From assembly GCA_938017505.1 (NCBI GenBank), contig CALIKV010000027.1:4521-68520 (forward strand): 64,000 bases of DNA, read 5' to 3'. This DNA comes from an uncultured Sulfolobales archaeon (GTDB taxonomy: Archaea > Thermoproteota > Thermoprotei_A > Sulfolobales > NBVN01). How positions within the stretch are numbered: the stretch's first letter is position 1; every line of letters begins with the position of its first letter. A model generated the notes under the pieces. The model made no database searches and was not told the origin of the DNA. It saw nothing but the letters and a program-made list of their open reading frames with translations. Positions 9,918 to 19,002 of this stretch are shown piece after piece. The position numbers were made by a program, and so were the translations under genes.

Positions 9918-10811
9918 GTGATGGGTGCTCTGGTGCTGGTCTCGGGGTTGCTCCCCTTTAACTCTGGGAAGACCTTCTTCACTATGGCTCTAGCCAGCTA
10001 CTTGAGGGACTTAGGGTACTCAGTGACCGTAGCGAAGCCTGTTTCAGCACACTCCCTCTGGGACCAGTACGAGTACTTCCTGGAGTCCCTGAAACTGGGC
10101 GTTTTAGTAGGTGAGGACGTGATTAAGTACATGAGGGCTAACTTGGTCAACGATGTAGATATCCAAAATCCCATTGACATACTGACCGCACCGCACGATG
10201 TGATGAAACACCCATCCCTCGATTCATACTATACCGCACTTACTTCCGTTATCGAGCAGGCAGTTCTAGTAAGGATATCCGTAGATGAAGTGAGGAATCA
10301 TTACGTTATAGGCGAAAACCTAAGCAAGCTTGAAGAGCGTGTGGCCAGGGAGGTGATGAATCTAGCCATGAAGCTCGGCGTGAGCGCTGAGGCGGATAGA
10401 AGGTGGCTCTACAGCAAACTGACAAGCAACGAGGTAGACTCCCTAGTCACTGAGTCCCTCAGAAGACTCGCACTAAGGCATGATGCGGTGCTCTGCGAGT
10501 CGTTCAGCAATTCCCTGCTCCCGGTGTTTGGGGTGAGCAAGATAGCAACGCATATAGTGGTCGTCACGCCCACTAGGGCTCTGGTCTACGGCATTAGGAA
10601 AACGTCAACGTATCTGGGCACTATAAACCGCCTTAAAGCCGAGTCGTCAATAATCGTGATGCTCTTCAAACCAGACCTAACGCTGAGGGTCAAGCCTAGT
10701 CTAACGCCTGAGGAGTCCTTAGACGAGGCGGAATTAAGAAAACTGCTTAACGAGTTCCTCACAATTCAGCGTCACGGCGACACACAACGCAAACCTGTAA
10801 CCTATACTTAA
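9918..10811 (+). CDS. uncharacterised protein with a dethiobiotin-synthetase/CobQ-like P-loop N-terminus
   Basis: LVLVSGLLPFNSGKTFFTMALASYLRDLGYSVTVAKPVSAH follows the BioD-type pattern (TG..x.GKT....L......G......KPV). The rest is not recognisable. Confidence 0.4.
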   Translation: MMGALVLVSGLLPFNSGKTFFTMALASYLRDLGYSVTVAKPVSAHSLWDQYEYFLESLKLGVLVGEDVIKYMRANLVNDVDIQNPIDILTAPHDVMKHPSLDSYYTALTSVIEQAVLVRISVDEVRNHYVIGENLSKLEERVAREVMNLAMKLGVSAEADRRWLYSKLTSNEVDSLVTESLRRLALRHDAVLCESFSNSLLPVFGVSKIATHIVVVTPTRALVYGIRKTSTYLGTINRLKAESSIIVMLFKPDLTLRVKPSLTPEESLDEAELRKLLNEFLTIQRHGDTQRKPVTYT

Positions 10812-10853
10812 CCCATATAAAGCTTCTTACGACATCTTCCCGGGGGGACCTGC

Positions 10854-11099
10854 ATGACGTTAATACAGGCCTTGCTCTTTCTAGGAGTCATGCTGATAGC
10901 GTGCGGCATTGTGTTATTCGCTTTAGCTTCACTGCGGGCTGGCAGTGGCGGTAAGGTTGAGGGCGGTGGCGTTATAATAGTAGGGCCTGTACCAATAGTC
11001 ATTGGCTCTAGCCAGAGAATCGCAACTGCCCTACTAGTTCTCGCGGTCGTGTTGACCTTGGTTGTCTTAGTAACGTATATTGTGACGAAGCTGTGGTGA
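10854..11099 (+). CDS. small membrane protein, DUF131/TIGR00304-like (assigned from memory)
   Basis: 81 aa. TM - Gly-rich loop (GSGGKVEGGGVIIVGPVPIVIGS) - TM. Confidence 0.5.
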   Translation: MTLIQALLFLGVMLIACGIVLFALASLRAGSGGKVEGGGVIIVGPVPIVIGSSQRIATALLVLAVVLTLVVLVTYIVTKLW

Positions 11100-11105
11100 G
11101 ACGAC

Positions 11106-11396
11106 GTGAACCTGTTAAAAGTAGGCATTGCTTTCACATTGCTTGGTTTCGCACTGGTTTTCACATCGACCATGATATACATCCTCACGCAACATCAGAC
11201 CTTACCGGGCGAGCCCCAAGGAGGTTTCGCAGGTTGCGTGATAATCTTCTTCATCCCGGTGTGTTTTAGCGTCGGGACCTCGGAGACGCTTATACCCCTA
11301 CTACTGGCTTCAATACTTGCGGTTCTTCTGTTGATCATCGCCAGCTTAACTTTCTTCAAGATGATCAGCAGGAGAAGCGTAGTTCCTGAGGCCTGA
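11106..11396 (+). CDS. small membrane protein, paralogue of the preceding gene
   Basis: 96 aa with the same TM - G-rich loop (GGFAGCVIIFFIPVCFSVGTS) - TM layout, 6 nt after the previous stop. Confidence 0.5.
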   Translation: MNLLKVGIAFTLLGFALVFTSTMIYILTQHQTLPGEPQGGFAGCVIIFFIPVCFSVGTSETLIPLLLASILAVLLLIIASLTFFKMISRRSVVPEA

Positions 11397-11588
11397 CACC
11401 CCTTTGAAGGGTCCGAAGCCGTTCTCAGATAGTTGACTTTGGACGTCTTCTTGATGTGGTGGGGATTAGCGCTGAAGGGACATAGGCAGTGCTTCAACAG
11501 CAAACGTTAACTGTCCGGCAACAGTAGAGCCTAGACTGTCGTCACATATTAAATAACAGAGCGTCTGAATACATATAGGTGTCCAGTA

Positions 11589-12938
11589 ATGGTGGGTTCT
11601 ATAGGTGTTGATGAGGTTCTCTCTAGGTATGAGAGGGTTTTCTCTAGGATTCAAAGAGCTCCTTACGCCCCAGTAATCGCTGTTAGAGGCAGGAACTCAA
11701 GAATTATTGACATTGAGGGGAGAACGTTTATAGACCTCGCGTCAAGCGCTACAGTTGTTAACCTGGGTTATAACGACCCTGAGGTTGTTAAGACCATTAA
11801 AGAGCAGGCCGAGGAGTTGATTCACTTCACCTTCATATACGGATACAACATACCGGCTCTCCAGCTGGCTGAGGAACTTCTTGAGATAACTGGGTTCAGA
11901 GACGGTAGGGTTGCTTTAGGGTTAAGCGGTAGCGACGCGAATGAAGGCGCTTTAATGCTTGCTAAGGGGTTTAGGAAGGATTCTAAGTTCATGATGAGTT
12001 ATGAGGGCAGCTTCCACGGCTCGAGCGTGGGGACGACCTCGGTCTCCGGAGTTGAACTCTCTAAAATGACCACTAGAATAATTAAGCCGTGGTTGGATGT
12101 TCTGAGGGCTCCCTACCCGAACTGCTATAGGTGCCCCTTAGGGTTGAGCCCTAGTTCCTGCCGGCTGGCCTGTGCTGAGCACGTTAAAGCCATCATAGAC
12201 GAGGTGGGCGCTGAGAATGTCATAGCATTAATAGCAGAGCCCATCCAGGGTGATGGAGGCATCATAGTCCCGCCTGAGAGCTACTTCACCTCACTAGAGC
12301 CGACTCTGAGAAGCCACGGTATACCGTTAATATTTGACGAGGTTCAGACTGGCATGGGTAGGACGGGTAGGTGGTTCGGATATCAACACTTCGGGGTTCA
12401 GCCAGACCTAATAACTCTAGGGAAGTCGCTGGGAGCAGGCCTGCCGATATCCGCAGTGGTAGGTAGGGAGGATATAATGAACTCGTTGCCAGATTTCTCC
12501 TACTCCTTCACGCTCTCGGGCAATCCCCTGATCTCTCGAGTAGCCTTGAAATCCATACAGATTATCAGGGAGAGGGATCTAGTGAGAAGGGCCGAGAAGT
12601 TAGGTTCTAAAGCGCTTGCGAGGTTGAATAGGATGCGTGAGGAACATGAGATAATAGGCGACGTGAGGGGTAAGGGATTAATGATCGGGGTTGAAATAGT
12701 TAGAGATAAGGAAAGCAAGGAGAAAGGTCTTGAGGAAGTTAAGAAGGTCGCATGGAGAGCCTATGAGTTGGGGTTGTTTCTGATGTTTTTCGCAGGCAAC
12801 GTCGTAAGGGTGCAACCGCCCTTAACAATAGAAGAGGAGACTCTTGAGGAGGGCTTAAACATCTTGGAGGACGCTATCAAGGACGTTGAGGAAGGTAGGG
12901 TGGGGAGCGAAGCGGTAGCAAGGATTAAGGGTTGGTAG
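11589..12938 (+). CDS. class-III pyridoxal-phosphate aminotransferase (acetylornithine/4-aminobutyrate aminotransferase family)
   Basis: 449 aa. DEVQTGMGRTGRWF and the PLP-lysine context LGKSLGAGLP. Confidence 0.85.
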   Translation: MVGSIGVDEVLSRYERVFSRIQRAPYAPVIAVRGRNSRIIDIEGRTFIDLASSATVVNLGYNDPEVVKTIKEQAEELIHFTFIYGYNIPALQLAEELLEITGFRDGRVALGLSGSDANEGALMLAKGFRKDSKFMMSYEGSFHGSSVGTTSVSGVELSKMTTRIIKPWLDVLRAPYPNCYRCPLGLSPSSCRLACAEHVKAIIDEVGAENVIALIAEPIQGDGGIIVPPESYFTSLEPTLRSHGIPLIFDEVQTGMGRTGRWFGYQHFGVQPDLITLGKSLGAGLPISAVVGREDIMNSLPDFSYSFTLSGNPLISRVALKSIQIIRERDLVRRAEKLGSKALARLNRMREEHEIIGDVRGKGLMIGVEIVRDKESKEKGLEEVKKVAWRAYELGLFLMFFAGNVVRVQPPLTIEEETLEEGLNILEDAIKDVEEGRVGSEAVARIKGW

Positions 12939-12987
12939 CTCATCGATTTTTAGCTTAACTAGTTAAACAGGTTGTGCGGGACCAAAC

Positions 12988-13950
12988 TTAAGTCAGAAGG
13001 TCTTCAGGAATTGAATGGATAGAAACTCTCCAAACTTTCCTACCGATCTGCTTAAGCTTCTCTATGGCACCTGACCCATTAAGGACCAGTCCTTTCTGTA
13101 GCTCAATCCTCACTCCAACCACTTCCTTGTCCTTAATTAAGAACCGAGCTTTATTACCCTCTGCATCCGTTGCAAGTAGGTAGGTCAGCTTAGCAGCGCT
13201 CTCTTTGTGGAACTCCATGAGCTTCTCTAAGAGCTCAGCTCCGCTGAGCTCAGCTTTAGAAGTGCCCATAACCTGCGATCTAATGATAATCTCACTTAAC
13301 TTGATTTCATCCTCAAGGAGTCTAGGGTCTTCAGTCATAGGTATCGTCAACTTCTCCAACTTGGCGGGACCTCCTTCCGCTATAGGTGGTGCTTCAGGAG
13401 GTTTCACCTCCTGCGCTGGTGCCACGACCTTAGCCACCGGCTCTACCTTCTTAATTAAGCCCTTCCTCCACATTTCCACTACCGCCGGCAATGTCTCGTT
13501 CAACCTGCTTTGATAAGTATCGATGAAAGTCTTTATGTGAGGTCTCAAGACCTTCTCATTTGCTGACCTTACAGTTACCTCCCCTCTAATTAGCGTCAGC
13601 GGCTTCAACTGGGCGGTTTCCCCCCCGACTCCGAGTTTCCATTGAGCAGCTCTCTCCCCGACCTCGAGCCTCTCGACATTGAGCTTAAGCACTAAACTTA
13701 AGTCGTCACGCCCCTCTAAAACTATGACTGTGATGTTGCCCTCCACACTGGTGTTTACTGTCATGCGTGCTCTGCTCGAAACCTCTCCTATCTTCAGGTC
13801 AGCTATAACCTCATTATCACTTAACACCCCAGCTAAAGACGTGAAGATTGGTAACAGACTTAAGTGGAGTTGAATATCTGAGAGCATCAAGCAAACCTCG
13901 CTACTACTCAGGGGGAGGATCACGCTAAACTTGTGAACTATAGGCAACAT
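12988..13950 (-). CDS. hypothetical two-domain protein (SRPBCC/CoxG-like N-domain, P/A/E/K linker, unknown C-domain)
   Basis: 320 aa. The domain guess rests on pattern only. The linker KVEPVAKVVAPAQEVKPPEAPPIAEGGPAK separates two globular halves. Confidence 0.45.
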   Translation of the reverse strand: MLPIVHKFSVILPLSSSEVCLMLSDIQLHLSLLPIFTSLAGVLSDNEVIADLKIGEVSSRARMTVNTSVEGNITVIVLEGRDDLSLVLKLNVERLEVGERAAQWKLGVGGETAQLKPLTLIRGEVTVRSANEKVLRPHIKTFIDTYQSRLNETLPAVVEMWRKGLIKKVEPVAKVVAPAQEVKPPEAPPIAEGGPAKLEKLTIPMTEDPRLLEDEIKLSEIIIRSQVMGTSKAELSGAELLEKLMEFHKESAAKLTYLLATDAEGNKARFLIKDKEVVGVRIELQKGLVLNGSGAIEKLKQIGRKVWRVSIHSIPEDLLT

Positions 13951-14122
13951 CCCACCCTAGGTAACTATATTGCCTTGCAGTTTTATAAAGTTATCAAATC
14001 CCTTCCGCTATTTCGGCTTTATAGGTTTTGCATTGGTTTTTCATAATTTTGTTAAATTTTAGGGACTACATCATGACTTGAAGTAAGGAATTTAGCATAA
14101 AACAGATAAACTTATATAATTA

Positions 14123-14138
14123 AAACTTTATAAAGTTT
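14123..14138 (+). promoter_or_regulatory. palindromic TATA-box region of liv operon 1
   Basis: AAACTTTATAAAGTTT is a perfect 16-bp palindrome centred about 38 nt before ATG 14169. This predicts a leaderless or short-leader mRNA. Confidence 0.45.
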
Positions 14139-14168
14139 AGTGTATCAAAGTAGTATGGTGTACCTATA

Positions 14169-15518
14169 ATGTTCAATAGAAACAATCTGAGGACAGCCTT
14201 CTCTAAAACTATGAGCATCTTAATAGGGGTTATAATAGTAGTGGCGGCAACAGCCGGTGTAGCTTACTACTTAAGTACTCAAGCGCCCGCGCCCACGCCC
14301 ACGCCTATAACACCTACACCTATAACTCCTACACCCACGCCTACACCCACTATTGAGAAAGTTAGAATAGGTATCATAGAACCTCTCACAGGTCATTATG
14401 CCGTGTTCGGGAGTGAGGCTGTTGATGCTGCTAGACTCATTGTGGACATAATCAACAATGAGCTAGGAGGTATTAAGTCTTTAGGTGGTGCGAAACTCGA
14501 GCTCTACGTGCAGGACTCTGGAGAGAGTCCTGACTCAGCAGCGTTAGCTGCTGAGAGGCTGGTTTCAACAAGCAGGCCGCATATTATATTGGGTGCTTAC
14601 ATAAGCAGGCTAACGGCCGCAGTCGCCGAGGTAACCGAGAGGGAGAAGATACCTCTGGTAATGGACGCGTTGGTTGATTGGCTAACTGAGAGGGGATGGT
14701 TGTATGTGTTCAGAGCAGCTCCTAGAGCAAGCTTCCACGGCGTGTCAGCCGTGAACTTCGTCCTAGAGATGGCTCAGAAGAAAGGATTAGATATCAGGAC
14801 GGTGTTGATATTACACGAAGACTCCGTCTTCGGCACTACCGTAGCTAACGGAATGAGAACCCAGTTAATATCTAAGCATATAATACCTAATGAGACAATC
14901 ACGTACCCGTACACGATAACGGACTTCGGCCCTATAATCTCTAAGATCAGAGAACTGAATCCGGATATCATATTCAGCGTCCCCTACTTCAGCGACGGGA
15001 TACTCTTCGCTAAGGCACTACAGGCGTCGGGACTTCCAGTAAAGTTTGTTGCTGGGGCAGGTGGATGCGGGTACACGGATCCCGACTCAATCAGGGAGGC
15101 CGGGACTGCTGTCGAGTACTTCACAAACACGTATAGCTACAACCCAGCTAGAAAAACTGAGTGGAATATACGCGTCGTTAACGCATTCCAACAGAGGTAC
15201 GGCAAGTTACCTACCGAAGCGGCTGGGATAATATTCTACTCGTTAATGCTCGTCTACGAAGGGCTTGAGAAGGCAGGGAAGATGTTCCCGAACGACCCGC
15301 TTAACCCTGACAACCTACGGACGGCTTTCCTATCCCTAGATCTAAACGACTCTAACAGCATCGCTGCGCAGCTCTATCCATCTGGGAGAATTAAGTTAGC
15401 GCCTAACGGTGAGAACCTGTATGGCGGGACGGCAGTATTACAGGTTATTGGCGGCGAGCCTAAGGTGGTCTGGCCGGAGCCTGAGGAAGGGGTAAGCCCG
15501 ATATTCCCGAGACCCTAA
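14169..15518 (+). CDS. ABC transporter substrate-binding protein, Leu/Ile/Val-binding (LivK) family, membrane-anchored
   Basis: 449 aa. N-terminal TM anchor, Pro/Thr linker, then a type-I periplasmic-binding-protein fold pattern. First gene of a livHMGF-type operon. Confidence 0.85.
   Translation: MFNRNNLRTAFSKTMSILIGVIIVVAATAGVAYYLSTQAPAPTPTPITPTPITPTPTPTPTIEKVRIGIIEPLTGHYAVFGSEAVDAARLIVDIINNELGGIKSLGGAKLELYVQDSGESPDSAALAAERLVSTSRPHIILGAYISRLTAAVAEVTEREKIPLVMDALVDWLTERGWLYVFRAAPRASFHGVSAVNFVLEMAQKKGLDIRTVLILHEDSVFGTTVANGMRTQLISKHIIPNETITYPYTITDFGPIISKIRELNPDIIFSVPYFSDGILFAKALQASGLPVKFVAGAGGCGYTDPDSIREAGTAVEYFTNTYSYNPARKTEWNIRVVNAFQQRYGKLPTEAAGIIFYSLMLVYEGLEKAGKMFPNDPLNPDNLRTAFLSLDLNDSNSIAAQLYPSGRIKLAPNGENLYGGTAVLQVIGGEPKVVWPEPEEGVSPIFPRP
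14283..14351 (+). repeat. Pro/Thr-rich coding microrepeat (surface linker)
   Basis: Encodes APAPTPTPITPTPITPTPTPTPT from reiterated ACN-CCN units. Confidence 0.8.
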
Positions 15519-15563
15519 ACATACAAATATTTTTATCCCACACTTTTATTTACTATAAGTGAA

Positions 15564-16454
15564 ATGAGGTCTGATATTATGTTTCCTAGTCCTGGGTTGA
15601 TGGCTCAAAGCCTGCTGGATGGCATCTTCCTGGGCTTCCTTTACTCGTTAATGGCTTTAGGTCTTTCACTAGTCTTCGGCGTTATGGGTATCATAAACTT
15701 CGCTCACGGGGATTTCATCATGCTTGGATCATATTTGGTTTGGTTGATAGCCAACAGCGTTAGGACGGACCCTTCTCTTGTCTCAATAGTTACGGTCCCG
15801 CTATTCTTCGTCGTGGGAGCTGCTATATACACTATCATTATAAGGCCTGTCTTTGGTAAGGAGCCTTTAATTCAGATAGCCGTCACCGTCGGCGTGGGCT
15901 ACGTACTGCAGAACACTGCCCTAATGTTCTTTAGAGCAGAGCCGAGGGCCGTGCAGAGCACTGCTCTCAACCTCTACATAGGCCTTGGCCCTGTGAACAT
16001 CCACGCAGCTAAGCTAGTGACAGCTCTCCTAAGCTCGGTGATAGTGATTGGCGTACATTACCTTCTTACCAAGACTTGGGTTGGTCTGACCATCAGAGCC
16101 ACTGCTTACGATAGAGAAGTAGCCACTCTGATGGGCATAAACGTGAACAAGGTTTATCTTCTCGTATTTGGTTTGGGCATAGCGCTTACAGCTTTAGCGG
16201 CCTCCCTCTGGATGACTTTTGGTCAGGCGAACCCCTACATAGGAACTTCCTTCGGGTTGCTTACATGGGTTATAATAGCGCTGGGTGGACTGGGAGGGGT
16301 CTCAGGCCTTCTGGCATCCAGTCTTATAGTTGGTGTAATGCAGTCGTTAACGATGACCTTGGCGTCGCCGACGATAAGCCTAACCGTACCGTATCTAGTG
16401 TTCCTTGTAGTGCTCTGGTTCAGACCTCAAGGACTCTTCGGGAGGAGAGAGTGA
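15564..16454 (+). CDS. livH: branched-chain amino acid ABC transporter permease (LivH type)
   Basis: 296 aa, about 8 TM. Typical N-terminus LLDGIFLGFLYSLMALGLSLVFGVMGIINFAHGD. Confidence 0.9.
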   Translation: MRSDIMFPSPGLMAQSLLDGIFLGFLYSLMALGLSLVFGVMGIINFAHGDFIMLGSYLVWLIANSVRTDPSLVSIVTVPLFFVVGAAIYTIIIRPVFGKEPLIQIAVTVGVGYVLQNTALMFFRAEPRAVQSTALNLYIGLGPVNIHAAKLVTALLSSVIVIGVHYLLTKTWVGLTIRATAYDREVATLMGINVNKVYLLVFGLGIALTALAASLWMTFGQANPYIGTSFGLLTWVIIALGGLGGVSGLLASSLIVGVMQSLTMTLASPTISLTVPYLVFLVVLWFRPQGLFGRRE

Positions 16455-17440
16455 TGATGAACATAAGAAAGCTCCTGGTTTCACTGCTCACGATCCTGCT
16501 TCCAATGTTGGCCGGATTACCGATACCTTACCTACTGAACTTCAATCAATATTACATACTGTTGGCTTTGCAATCAGTCATTATAGCTTCCGTGGCTCTA
16601 GCTTGGAACATCATAGGGGGGTATGCGGGCCAGCTGGACTTGGCTTCCTTTGCATATATAGGGTTGGGTGGTATACTGGCCACTGAGCTGATGATCAACT
16701 ACAACATAACCCCGTGGCTAGGCATGTTACTAGGCTCCGGGATCTCTGCGGCTCTAGCGTTCATTATAGGATACCCGCTCTTCAGATTCGGAATCAGAGG
16801 TGTGTGGTATGCTTTGTCCACTGCAGCTCTGGTCGTAATACTTCACGAATCAGTGATAATGGTGCTTGGGCCCTACGACTATTACATACCGTTCGTTGAA
16901 GGGTGGTATTACCTCAGGTTCAGGACTTGGGATAACCTGTACTACTTTAGTCTGTTCATCCTGGCAGGCGTGATCTTCTTAAACCTGTACATAGGTAGGA
17001 GTAGGCTAGGTTATTACTTGAGATCGATTAGGGAAGATGAGGTAGCCGCTGAGGCGGTAGGAATAGATGTCAGGAAATATAAGCTACTGGCGCTAGTCAT
17101 ATACGCGGCAATCCTAGGCTTCATAGGGTATATATACATAGTGTCTCAGAGAACTTTCTCCTATAAAACCTTCAGCGGACCTCAATCGGTATACATTGCT
17201 ATAATAGGAATTGTGGGCGGTTTAGGGTCGGTCAGCGGCGTGATGACCGCGGCGATATTCCTCAAGATAGTTGAGGAGTATTTAAGAGGATTCCTTGGCG
17301 GCGTTTTACCGGGACTCCACCTGCTTCTCTTCGGCATATTGCTGATAGTAGTAGGCGTGTTGAGACCCGGCGGGCTTTCAACATTCATAGAACCCCTCTT
17401 GAAGAGGACTAAAACGAGACTAATGGGTGGTAAGGTATGA
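16454..17440 (+). CDS. livM: branched-chain amino acid ABC transporter permease (LivM type)
   Basis: Track ORF 16265-17440 is trimmed to ATG 16454, which overlaps the livH stop (GTGATGATGA). Motif GYAGQLDLASFAYIGLG. Confidence 0.85.
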   Translation: MMNIRKLLVSLLTILLPMLAGLPIPYLLNFNQYYILLALQSVIIASVALAWNIIGGYAGQLDLASFAYIGLGGILATELMINYNITPWLGMLLGSGISAALAFIIGYPLFRFGIRGVWYALSTAALVVILHESVIMVLGPYDYYIPFVEGWYYLRFRTWDNLYYFSLFILAGVIFLNLYIGRSRLGYYLRSIREDEVAAEAVGIDVRKYKLLALVIYAAILGFIGYIYIVSQRTFSYKTFSGPQSVYIAIIGIVGGLGSVSGVMTAAIFLKIVEEYLRGFLGGVLPGLHLLLFGILLIVVGVLRPGGLSTFIEPLLKRTKTRLMGGKV

Positions 17441-18171
17441 AGAGCGATACATTACTGGAGGTCAGGAAGCTCAGTAAGCGTTTCGGCGGCATAGTGGCTC
17501 TGAACAGCGTTGACGTGGAGATCAGAGAGGGAGAGTTGGTCGGCATAGTGGGTCCTAACGGGGCTGGCAAGACCACTCTCATCAACTGTATTACGGGCAT
17601 CTACAAACCGGAGGCCGGGAAGGTAGTGTTCCTGGGCGAGGACATAACCGGCAAGGCACCGCATGAGATAGCCTTAAGAGGCATAGCAAGGACTTGGCAG
17701 AAGGTGAGACCGTTCCTCAACATGAGTGTGATTGACGCTGTGACGACAGGCGCCTTACTGAAAACTAACGAGCCTGCTAAGGCTAGGAGGGAGGCGATGG
17801 AGATCCTGGAATTCATCGGCTTCCCCAGAAGTAAGTTCGAGACCCTTGGGAAAAACATAACGCTGATCGAGCATAAGTTGGTGGATCTAGCTAGGGCACT
17901 GGCCACCAAGCCTAAACTGCTTTTACTAGACGAGGTAGTGGCCGGTCTAAGGCCCAGCGAGATCGACGTCATTACTGAAGTGGTTAAGAAAGTGAATAAA
18001 GAGATGAAAATCACGTTAGGTGTTGTAGAACATGTGATGAGATTCGTAATGAGTGTCAGCGATAGGGTAATAGTTCTTCACGAAGGAATGTTATTGGCTG
18101 AGGGATCCCCAAGCGAGATCGCATACAACCCATCAGTCATAGAAGCTTACCTGGGAACCAAGCCGATCTAG
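17437..18171 (+). CDS. livG: ABC transporter ATPase (LivG type)
   Basis: Walker A GPNGAGKTT, Walker B LLLLDEV, C-terminal EAYLG. ATGA overlap with livM. Confidence 0.9.
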   Translation: MKSDTLLEVRKLSKRFGGIVALNSVDVEIREGELVGIVGPNGAGKTTLINCITGIYKPEAGKVVFLGEDITGKAPHEIALRGIARTWQKVRPFLNMSVIDAVTTGALLKTNEPAKARREAMEILEFIGFPRSKFETLGKNITLIEHKLVDLARALATKPKLLLLDEVVAGLRPSEIDVITEVVKKVNKEMKITLGVVEHVMRFVMSVSDRVIVLHEGMLLAEGSPSEIAYNPSVIEAYLGTKPI

Positions 18172-18181
18172 GTGAGGACCC

Positions 18182-18901
18182 ATGAGCAACGCTCTTCTCG
18201 AATTAGTGAACATCGAGGCGGGCTATGGGGTTTTCAGAGTCCTACATAACGTGAGTTTTAAGGTCTGCGAAGGTGAAGTAGTGGCTCTAGTAGGTCCTAA
18301 CGGGGCCGGTAAAACGACAGCTCTGAAGACGGTGATGGGGTTGACAAGCCTCTTTAAGGGTGACATCAAGTTCAACGGGTCAAAAATAAACAATGTCCCG
18401 CCGTATGAGAGAGTTAAACAGGGCATCGTATTAGTTCCTGAGGGCAGAGGGATCTTCGCGCCGCTCACAGTCCTAGAGAACTTATACGTTGGTGCCTATA
18501 ATGAAGAGGCGAGACGGAGGCTTAGCGAGTCACTGGAAATGGTGTTCTCCATATTTCCTAAGTTAAAGGAAAGGAAGAACCAAATAGCTGGCACCCTATC
18601 AGGGGGTGAGTCGCAGATGCTCGCTATTGGGAGGGCTCTCATGTCAAGGCCTAGAATACTCCTGCTCGACGAGCCGAGCCTCGGCTTAGCGCCGAAGATA
18701 GTCTCCGAGCTTTTTGAGATTTTCAAGAAATTAAACGAGGAATGGAAGACTACGCTACTGCTAGTAGAGCAACACGTGAAGAACTCCCTAGAGATCTCTC
18801 ACAGGGCTTATGTAATGGAGTCAGGGAGAATAGTCCTTGAGGGAGAGAGCTCTGAAGTGTTAAAGGATGAGAGATTACGTAAAGCGTACCTAATAATCTA
18901 A
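18182..18901 (+). CDS. livF: ABC transporter ATPase (LivF type)
   Basis: Walker A GPNGAGKTT, signature LSGGESQML, Walker B ILLLDEPS. Confidence 0.9.
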   Translation: MSNALLELVNIEAGYGVFRVLHNVSFKVCEGEVVALVGPNGAGKTTALKTVMGLTSLFKGDIKFNGSKINNVPPYERVKQGIVLVPEGRGIFAPLTVLENLYVGAYNEEARRRLSESLEMVFSIFPKLKERKNQIAGTLSGGESQMLAIGRALMSRPRILLLDEPSLGLAPKIVSELFEIFKKLNEEWKTTLLLVEQHVKNSLEISHRAYVMESGRIVLEGESSEVLKDERLRKAYLII

Positions 18902-19002
18902 AGTTCAAAACCCTGTTCACGGACTCCTTCTAAGGTGAGGTACGTATAGAGGTGAATGAGAGTTATTCCATCAGTCCCTGTGTGTCGTGGTGATATCGTT
19001 CT

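Noticed and set aside
16265-16453. N-terminal 63-codon extension of the livM ORF in the track
   Set aside because: It lies wholly inside livH in another frame. The ATG at 16454 overlaps the livH stop and begins a typical permease N-terminus.
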